Positions 33,824 through 42,295 of a stretch of DNA of 42,295 nucleotides are shown here, one piece after another; positions within the stretch are counted from its first letter, which is position 1, and each line of letters begins with the position of its first letter. The DNA is from Nemertoderma westbladi. Lineage: Eukaryota; Animalia; Xenacoelomorpha. The notes under the pieces were generated by a model. It was given only the letters and a program-made list of their open reading frames with translations. It ran no database searches and had not been told where the DNA came from. The stretch spans positions 1-42,295 of the forward strand of contig JAUCBJ010003871.1 in assembly GCA_032718475.1 (NCBI GenBank). The letters run 5' to 3'. The position numbers and the translations under genes were made by a program.

Positions 33824-36800
33824 ATGGAAGAAATAGGCCTGTCTTCTCTGGCCCCTGAAGCCGAGAGCCAGGCTGTCCTGGACGAGTTATACATACGGGT
33901 TCGTATACTGGGTAGAGGCGCCTTCGGAAAGGCTGTTCTATATAGAAAATCCGAAGACAATTCATTGGTGGTTTGGAAGGAGGTAAGTAGAAAGTAAAAC
34001 ATTTGATTTATACAACGAGCGTCTAGTCCCCCCCCCCCCCCCCCCCCCCCTGTCTCGATTAATGACAAAACCCATCTGGACTAATCAACAACGTAAATTA
34101 TTATCAATCTTGCGCGATAAATTTTTTATCTTATATTTTATTAGTTATATTTCGCAAATAACCCGTCCCAAATTATTTACAGTCAACAGAGACTTGGTCA
34201 TTCTCTTAATATATAAATAAATAATAAAAGAAGTAGCCAAACTATATATTGTACTGCTTATTGACATTCGTTTTAGATCGATCAAAGTCAAGTTGAATAC
34301 AAAGAACAAGCAAAGGCCTTGAAGGAGGTGGACATTCTGTCTCTCCTCAACCATCCCAATATTATTGCTTACTACAACCATTTCTACGATGAGTCCACCT
34401 TGCTAATAGAAATGGAATACGCCAACGGCGGGACTTTGTTTTCTTTCATTTCTTCTCAAACGAGTTTAATTGAAGAAAAGGTAACTAACTGCTTTCATAG
34501 CCGTTAAGACCTGTTTGCATACACACTTTGCGGTGACAGCGCTGTGAAATCACATTGCTGGTCAATCACAGCCTTTTGGTTTTTGCTTTTTGGTCACAGA
34601 GCTATGAGAACGCGGTGATAGCGCTCCCAAAGTCCAAAGTGCATTCATAATGTGACGCAAAATCACCGCGCTGTCACAGCGAAGTGTATCTGTCACTGTG
34701 AACAGGACCGGTCTTTATGGTATAAACATATTAATTTGCGCTTCATAATTGCTCCCATTGAACTATCAACCAGTCCACGTCTACATTTTACATCCACTGT
34801 TACAACGCTTCAACACTGCGACTTAAAACAAAAATTGTGACCAAACGGGTCACCCTGTGGCCTGTGCATCTCGAAATAATCTAAAGCATAAAGTCATTTG
34901 TAGTTGAGTCGGAATTCCGTTTAATTTCTTCAAAGTAAAAGTAATTTGATTTATTTAGTAATTTTCTGATAAGAACTTAATTATTTATTTCAGGCGATTG
35001 TCTGGTTTTTGTACCAACTCATGGAAGCAGTCGCTTACATTCACTCTTACGGAATTCTACATCGCGATATAAAATCGCTAAATATTTTCCTAACCAAATC
35101 TGGATTGGTGAAATTGGGCGACTTCGGAATCTCGCGTCAGCTAGACTCCCAAGACGCGATGGCTGAGTCAATCGTTGGGACTCTATACTATATGAGTCCG
35201 GAGTTGGTCCAAGGACTCCCGTACAACGAGAAGAGCGACATATGGGCGTGCGGGTGCGTTCTCTACGAGTTGCTGACGTTGCGACGGACGTTCGAGGCCA
35301 GCAACCCGTTGCGGGTCGCGTCGGAGATCGTTCGTCGATCCATCGCGGGTGTGAGTCCGTCGTACTCGGCGTCGCTACGGGACCTAGCCGACCGCATGTT
35401 CTGCGCCGAACCGGAGCGCAGGCCGTCCGCCAGGGACTCACTCCAGTTGGAGGTCTATAAGGAGCACAGGGAGCTGTTAGATGAACGCGTGTGGGAGCTT
35501 AACTCCGGGACAAGGAAGTAAGTTGAGCGGTGGGAGTTTCCAGAGTCCGCAGGCCAGGGAGGGGGATCTATATGTATCATATGGAGGTATATTTTTAGAA
35601 TAAAAGATACGCTTTCGGGCTGGACAAATATAATATAATTATAATGTAACGAAAAATACGAAATTCTACTAACTACTACAAGTCGAGGAAATCCTGCCAA
35701 GTACCTAACTGATCTAGACTTTGCTGATGACTTAGGATTAATCTCAGAATCACTAGAGGGAGCCCAACGGCTCCTCAGCTCATTAGAACAGGCTGCTTCT
35801 AGTGTTGGTCTAGAATTCATCGGAAATTTAAGGCCCGATTATTTAGAGCAGCAGTAGTTCCAGTACTCCTCTACGGCAGTCCATGGTGGATTCTAACTGC
35901 TGAGGACACGAAATCTCTGGATGGCACATTCACAAGAATACTACGCCGGGTTCATTGTGTCAAGTACAATGCACACATCTTCAACCAGTCACTATATAAC
36001 ATTGGAGGTGTCTTATAGTTTCCACCAAGCGTGACACTTTAACAAAGCCGGCTCCGCTTTGCAGGACATTGCTTTCGCGGTGAGGAACAGCCTGAGGACA
36101 ATCTTGTGCTGGGTGGCAGACTCATTGAGAAACTAAGCATGGAGGACTTTCTTGAAGACGCCTCTGAACTGGCCTTGAAGATGCAGATAATCTCGCGAAA
36201 GTCATGGGGGATAGGGAGTTGTGGCGGTGCAAATTTGTTGATAAGCCGTCATATAATTCTTAATGCACGCAGCATTGGAGCATGTCGATGTGGATTGCAT
36301 GGTGGTGGCAAAAATGTTTTTGTTAAGCCAGCATAGCATCTCATGTGCAGCTGAAATGCATCAGGCGTATTATAGTAGTTGTAGTACTAGATTTGTGAGT
36401 GACATAAATGTTGAAACGGTTTGTCATTTTTTTCACAATTTTTCAATTATCACCGTGGAAGCGGTCCATCACCTCAACAGTCACTCAGTAACCGTGGCTA
36501 CAAAATACAAGTTCCATTCACCATAGTATAAACTCTGCAAAAATTAATACAAACCGTTTTACAATTTATCATATGGGAGTCCAATAGGGACTACGGTCGA
36601 TGTTAAATGGGCGCGTGTGGGAGCTGAACTGACAATTAAAGTTAAAGTTAAAACGACGGCGTACTTACAGTACAGTACAAAAAACTTCGCAGTGTTTGTG
36701 ATATGATTGAGGATCTTATGGCCCAGCATTGTTCTGCTCCACCCAGTTTTTTATCATTCTTTTCGTTGGTCTATAAAATGGGAACCAATATAAATTGTTA

Positions 36801-38905
36801 AACAGGTTGGAAAAGTATCATGGATTTTTTTAAGTAATCATTAATGGTCATTAATATAAGTATCTGCACAGATAAGACCCACTCACTGTATAACATCATT
36901 TATATTTACGAAGTGCATGTCGGATCATTGACCTCCATCCGTCATGGTGACAGGATGGATAGATAATTAGTGAGCCTAAAAGATTATTAATTATATTTCT
37001 AGGTTGAGATCGAGTATATCGGCGGTTGAGTCTGCTACCCGTCCGGTTGTTAAGGCGACGGACAGCGAGGTCTACGTGTGGGGTGGGGGGCGGCTGACTC
37101 CACAGCGCGTCGACGCGTTGTGGACCACGGCGATACGTGTGGCGGTGGGGGGCGGCCACATCGCCGCCTTGGGGGTGGAGAAGGAGTTGTACACGTGGGC
37201 GGCGCCCGGAGAAGGGGGGCGCGTGGGCGCCGCGTTGGGGCACGGGGACTCCGCGAGGTACCGCTACCCAAAGAGGGTCGCCGCCCTGGTTGGTGAGACA
37301 GTCGAGTCCGTCGGCTGCGGCGACGACTTCACCGTTTGTTTAACTCAATCCGGGGAACTTTACTCGTTCGGTTCCGACTATTACGGGTGTCTAGGAGTTG
37401 ACCAATCAGAAGGCGAATCCGCAGCCGCTCCTGTTTACATAGAATTCTTCTACGACATTCCGGTTGCTATGGTTTCTTGCGGGGCCAATCATGTTGTAGC
37501 GTTGACCCGCGACGAGGGGGCTGTGTACTCGTGGGGGGCCGGGGAGTTCGGACGTCTGGGTCTCGGTACTGAGACCGACCAGTACGGCCCTCAGCGGGTC
37601 GAGGTGGTTGCTAGACAACGCGTGGTCGTGGTGGTCGCGGGGTGGGATCGGACCTTCCTGGTGACGTCATCCGGGCGGGTTCTCGGTTGCGGGAGCAACG
37701 AGTTTAATAAACTCGGGTTGAATGCGGCGCCGCGCGGAGTTGGTGCGCGGACAGTCGGGTTCGATACGGAGTGCGCGTTGGCGCCCACCCCTGTGGCGGC
37801 GTTGAACCGCCACCGTATCGCCACTGTGGCCTCCGGTGTGGCGCACTCGGTGGCGCTCACCGAGACGGGTCGCTTGGTCACCTTCGGGTCCAACCGCTAC
37901 GGGGAACTCGGCGTCGGGGACACACGGCCACGAGGGGGCGTATCGCTGCTGTCGGGAGCTCTGATTGGCTGTCGCTTCCTGTGCGTGGGCGCCGGAGACG
38001 GGTTCACTGTGGCGGCCACCGCAGACAACCAGGTGTACGCGTGGGGCCGCGCGGACGCCGGCCGACTCGGGATGAACTCATTGGGTAGTCGGCGTCATTG
38101 CCCCACCCCTCGGCCGATATTTGGCGCACTGCACGCTGTCGCTAGTATCTCCTGCTACCATTGGTACTGCGTTGTGGTCGCGGAAAGGATCCTGGAGTCC
38201 AAGGTACTGAGGCCCTCTAGCGTCGGGGGCCGGAAGGTCTCGTTGGGGTCTACCGACCGGGTGAGTAACACCGATATTCTCGAGGCTATTCTCGAGTCTC
38301 CGATTGCCGATACTCCGGGGGACGAATCGAAGCTTCCCGCGTGGTTGCAGAAGGAGTTGGATGGGGCGGACGTTGTGGAGAGGTGTGGGGGGACAGAGGG
38401 GGCTGGTGGGGGGACGGAGGGGACTGGTGGGGGGACGGAGGGGGCTGGTGGGGGGGCAGAGGGGGCTGGTGTGGGGATTGATGGTACTGGTGGGGGGACT
38501 TTGGGGGCTGCTGTCGGGACGGAGGGTACTGGTGGGGGGACGTTGGGGGCTGCTGGGGGGACAGATAGGGAGGACGACGGATTTATTAATTCAGATGATT
38601 TAATGGCATCATTATCGAGGATTCACATAAGAAAGGTGGGAGATAATAACTTATCAGGAGCTAATGAATTGACGGAAAATAAAGAAATAACGGGGAATAA
38701 AGAATTACCAATGTCTACTACAGACGATCCTACTGAGGTAGAACAGCGGTTAAGGGATGAATTAATAGGGTTACAACGTGATAACAAGATATTGAAGCGG
38801 ACACTAGAAGCGCAACGTCTGTATATCATTAAATTAGAATCGAGTATTTTACGTAAACCGCCAACCAGCAAACATTTGAAACGCTCTAATAGTTGCCCGT
38901 TGTAA
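33824..38905 (+). CDS. NEK9: NIMA-related kinase with RCC1 repeats and coiled coil, NEK9-like (exons 33824-33982, 34277-34480, 34994-35517, 37003-38905; ~929 aa)
   Basis: Kinase motifs [81 protein letters not shown]1 repeats ([34 protein letters not shown]), the motif LPAWLQKEL and a C-terminal coiled coil. All GT-AG junctions are in phase (0, 0, 2). Confidence 0.93.
34508..34709. mobile_element. MITE-like element in NEK9 intron 2
   Basis: Imperfect long inverted arms: CCTGTT...ACACTTTGCGGTGACAGCGCTGTGA...TCACATT versus AATGTGA...TCACCGCGCTGTCACAGCGAAGTGT...AACAGG. Confidence 0.55.
35690..36235 (+). mobile_element. Decayed RTE-clade LINE RT fragment in NEK9 intron 3
   Basis: Translates as [36 protein letters not shown], then after an internal deletion [14 protein letters not shown]...[12 protein letters not shown] and [10 protein letters not shown]. 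Confidence 0.8.
36242..36375. repeat. Short interspersed repeat, copy 2
   Basis: Homologous to 8652-8785 in the same orientation. Confidence 0.7.
38387..38567 (+). repeat. Coding 21-bp G-rich repeat (GGGTEGA) in NEK9
   Basis: About 8 copies of GGTGGGGGGACGGAGGGG(G/A)CT. Confidence 0.85.
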
Positions 38906-39701
38906 TTGTAACAATGATTAGTATTGGCGGCTCTGCTTCTCGCTAGAAATAGTTAATGTTTTTAAAGTAGTTTTATTTTATGACTCTTAAAGAGTGCCAC
39001 GTCATATGTTTTTAATTACATTCAATTTTATTACAACATTGTATTACTTGTACAAAGTTAATCTACGTGTCTGTAATAATCAGCTGTGCCTGAACTTACC
39101 TTTTAATTTATTCGTATTTACTTTATTTATATTGTAATTATTTAATTAATATTATTGTAAATATTGTAGTATAAATCTGTCTTTTTGGTTTAATAAATAA
39201 TTATATGTCTATAATAACTGAGGGCTTTAAAAATCGCTCGACAAGAAAACCACCCCAACTCTTGTTGCAAATCTGTAAAGTGCGACTTTACAATATGATT
39301 TTTAAATTTATATATAATAACTAACTATTTTACGTCCGCGCTTTATATGTGCAATTAATTAATTATTAGTTTTAGGAAATTTATTTTTCTGCGTTCTTTT
39401 TGCTGCAATTTTCCAATGTCTAATTCCATTTTTCGAATTATAATAATAATTAACGTTAACATTGTGCCTCGGTTCACTAAATTGCCCACAATGTCACCGA
39501 CCAATCATCTTTCGCAGTTGGTCCAATATCATTAAGATGTTATTTAATCATTGCGATTTTGTTAAGTGCAAATATATTGACATCATGACGTTCATGTTAC
39601 CATAATATGGATGTAGGTCTACGATTATTTTACAAGCTGAAAGTAGCGCACAACAATGCGGTGTGATTATTACTTAGAATATTTTATAGCGAAAACCGAT
39701 T

Positions 39702-39780
39702 TCAACCGACCCCTTTGGGTTTCGAACCCTGTACCTAGTTTTCAAACTCCCTGTATTCTTTAACCGGGTCGGGTGTGTGT
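39702..39780 (-). mobile_element. Degenerate partial copy of the tRNA-like SINE head
   Basis: TCAACCGACCCCTTTGGGTTTCGAACCCTGTACCTAGTTTTCAAACT aligns with 39991-40037. Confidence 0.55.
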
Positions 39781-39993
39781 TTGTTATACTCTATTTTATG
39801 TTATTTAATACACCGTCACACCACCCCTCAACAATTCATCTATTCTTAACTATTTACATCATTGTGTGCAAAGTAACACTTCGTAGCGTTATGACCCGAG
39901 TTTATTATGTACCGAGCGATGGCAGCGAGGGCGGTTTACATAACTAAATGTTATAGTACATTATGATAATGCTCTCCATAGTGAAAAATATCA

Positions 39994-40092
39994 ACCGCCC
40001 CTATTGGGGCTCGAACTCGGTACCTAGGTTTCAAACTTCCGGTTATCATCAGCCGAGTGTGTGTCCTAAGACCACTGAGCTACCAGGGCGGT
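39994..40092 (-). mobile_element. tRNA-derived SINE head or pseudo-tRNA
   Basis: The minus strand has an A box TAGCTCAGTGG, a B box GTTCGAGCC and complementary ends ACCGCCC/GGGCGGT. The middle does not fold as a normal anticodon arm. Confidence 0.6.
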
Positions 40093-40228
40093 AGAAGATT
40101 TATTCACTTTGGAGTGGGCTATCATATATAGGCCTTTTACAGTCACTCTTAGGAAAGTACAACGTTATTCCCGTGCTCTGCCAGAAATGGCAACCATGCC
40201 TCATAACTACACAACTAAACATAACTAA

Positions 40229-41629
40229 CAGGCCTCCCAGAGTTTCCTTTTTTCCTTTTTTTTCCTTTTTTTTAGAACGTTTCCTTTTTTTCCTTTTTTT
40301 TTAGAATGTTTCCTTTTTTCCTTTTTTTTTGTCCATTTTCACACCTTTTTTTCCTTTTTTTAGTTCAGAAAATAGCCTGCTGTACTGCTGTAAGTGTAAC
40401 ATATTCTATTCAGTACAAGGCATCGCGGAGACAGCTGGACAGGTCTTGCAGTCTAATCAATTACCGGTACTGTACCACTGTCTGACTATCAGTATAGTAG
40501 TCCTTGACTTGGTACTAAACAAATATAACAATGTACGGGACAAGTGATTTTCCTGTTATCTGCAATCATACTTAACGGTACCGGTACCAATGGAAATCAT
40601 TAGATCCCAGCAATCATTGGCAGATAAACTGAAATTTCAGCTTGCTGCTGATATTGACAAGGTTATAACAGAGATTGACGGGCATATGCCTATTATATTT
40701 TGATTAGATATTTTATCGACGAAAAATCACAAGCTAAGCTACCATAAAAATGTAGCTGTGGAGAGAACTTTAATATATTTATTTCTGAGACAGAGGCTGT
40801 CTCTGTCTCAGAAAATATGTATATTAAAGTTCTCTCCACAGCTACATTTTTAGCGTGTGATTTATTATAATTGACGCAAAACCCGCCTTTGTGAATTAAC
40901 AATGATGATTTTCAATTTAGGGAAAGGAACAGGTTGCAGTGGCAGTCTATTCTAACCAAAACAATAAAAGAAAGTCTATAACACGGTTGCAGTTTCATTT
41001 TTGCTCGTTATCAGCTGATATTTGCATCTGTTTTCCCCTGGAGATGGTTGAATTTTGATTGCGTCTAAAAGCAGTTTTGTTATTTAAATAAATGTAGCCG
41101 CGACCGGAAATCCGTTCCAAAGTTTTTATATCACTTTCAAACTAAAGTTATATTTACAATCGTTTGATAAACCTCTATCAATGAGTGACCATCAATCGGC
41201 GGAACTCGACCATCTCTGATAACTAGGCAGAAAAGGTGAAAATATCTGTATAATAATATTAATATATTAACTATAATTAATATTAACTATATTGCCATTG
41301 ATCTTTGTTCTCTTTCCTGCGTGTTTATATTTTTTAACTTTCTTTGATATCTTCCTGTCATTTAAAACAGTGTCGTTTCTTAATGGGATTCTTCATAGTA
41401 TAAACAGTAAAGTTAATGAAATAGAATCAAGAAACAGCACTAAAGACATAATGTTTACTATTACTTTTGTAAAGATAATATCTATTCAGTTTTTCCATTT
41501 TTTTTTAACTGTATCCGATCCTTTTTTTCCTTTTTTTTTAACTGCATCCTATCCTTTTTTTCCTTTTTTTTTGAAAATATAAAATCCTTTTTTCCTTTTT
41601 TTTCTCGATTTTTTTGGCTGGGAGGGCTG
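40229..41629. mobile_element. Non-autonomous TIR transposon (hAT-like ends) with a 6-bp TSD
   Basis: TIRs CAGGCCTCCCAG and CTGGGAGGGCTG (11/12 inverted). AACTAA flanks both ends directly (40223-40228 and 41630-41635). TTTCCTTTTTTT repeats occur in both subterminal regions. Confidence 0.75.
40745..40852. repeat. Near-perfect 108-bp foldback (MITE-like) nested in the TIR element
   Basis: TAAAAATGTAGCTGTGGAGAGAACTTTAATATA...TTTCTGAGACAGAG, a GCTGT loop, then CTCTGTCTCAGAAA...TATATTAAAGTTCTCTCCACAGCTACATTTTTA; TA at both ends. Confidence 0.85.
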
Positions 41630-42295
41630 AACTAAACAAGGGTCTTTAACGCTGAAAAGTGACCTTTGCAAGCAATGATGTATGTAATTTTGTTACATTA
41701 TGTCAACTTATTAGCGTTCGGTATGTGAAGAAAGGATTTAATGGATATTCATTTATACATTTTAATCATAATATCGAATATAAGTGAAATTTATTAACAG
41801 GTACACAGATTTAATTCTAAGACGGCAATACTGATTAATTCTACATAGCATATATGCCAATATATTTAAAAGTTATGGTTTTTCGTTGGTGTGTTGGTTG
41901 ACGTATACTTACGTCAACAGTGACACGTCAACCGTGACATGCATGGTACGCGTCAATAATGGTATTTTACACTGAAATTCGAAATGAACAACGTATATAC
42001 ATTTCGGGCGAATACACCAGTTGTTCGCGCTTTCAGACCTTTGGCAGTTTAACCCGCCAAATTAAGATGTCTTCTAGATATTAAATCGCTTTTTAGCCTA
42101 TGACAAGTATTTGATTCACTACACTAGTCGAAACCAATCTGTGCGCGATCATTCACCCGCTGGATATTCCCGGGAGATTGGGTTCGACGGTTTAATTTTA
42201 TTGCTATGTAAGCCTAATGTATTATTCGACTGACAGTATTATATAATCTCTGACAATATTATTCACCTTCGGGAATATTAACAGTTCCTTTAGGA

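Overview
Eukaryotic, most likely invertebrate animal, genomic DNA: AT-rich, with GT-AG introns. The host genes are a two-exon orphan secreted repeat protein (8389-11260, +), a CEP89 orthologue carrying an unexpected PLAT/LH2 domain (32823-29736, -), and a four-exon NEK9-like kinase/RCC1 gene (33824-38905, +) head-to-head with CEP89. The centre (11492-28020) is a homogeneous 36-bp tandem satellite interrupted by two poly(A)-tailed retro-insertions. One is a 5'-truncated, frameshifted calmodulin-like retrocopy (11758-12209, -). The other is an apparently full-length 8.4-kb APE-RT LINE (13772-22205, +, RTEX/Proto2-like) whose very long ORF1 contains a Cys-rich CXC-like motif, about 55 copies of a 10-aa Pro/Thr repeat, a Ulp1/SENP-like (clan CE) cysteine protease with His/Asn/Cys plus Gln, a coiled coil and an RRM-like domain. 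This protease-carrying LINE, sitting in a satellite that has also taken up an mRNA copy, is the most unusual system here. The rest holds a decayed L2/CR1-group LINE, an RTE fragment, nested and non-autonomous TIR elements, foldback hairpins and tRNA-like SINE heads. All family calls come from reading motifs by eye; no database search was run.
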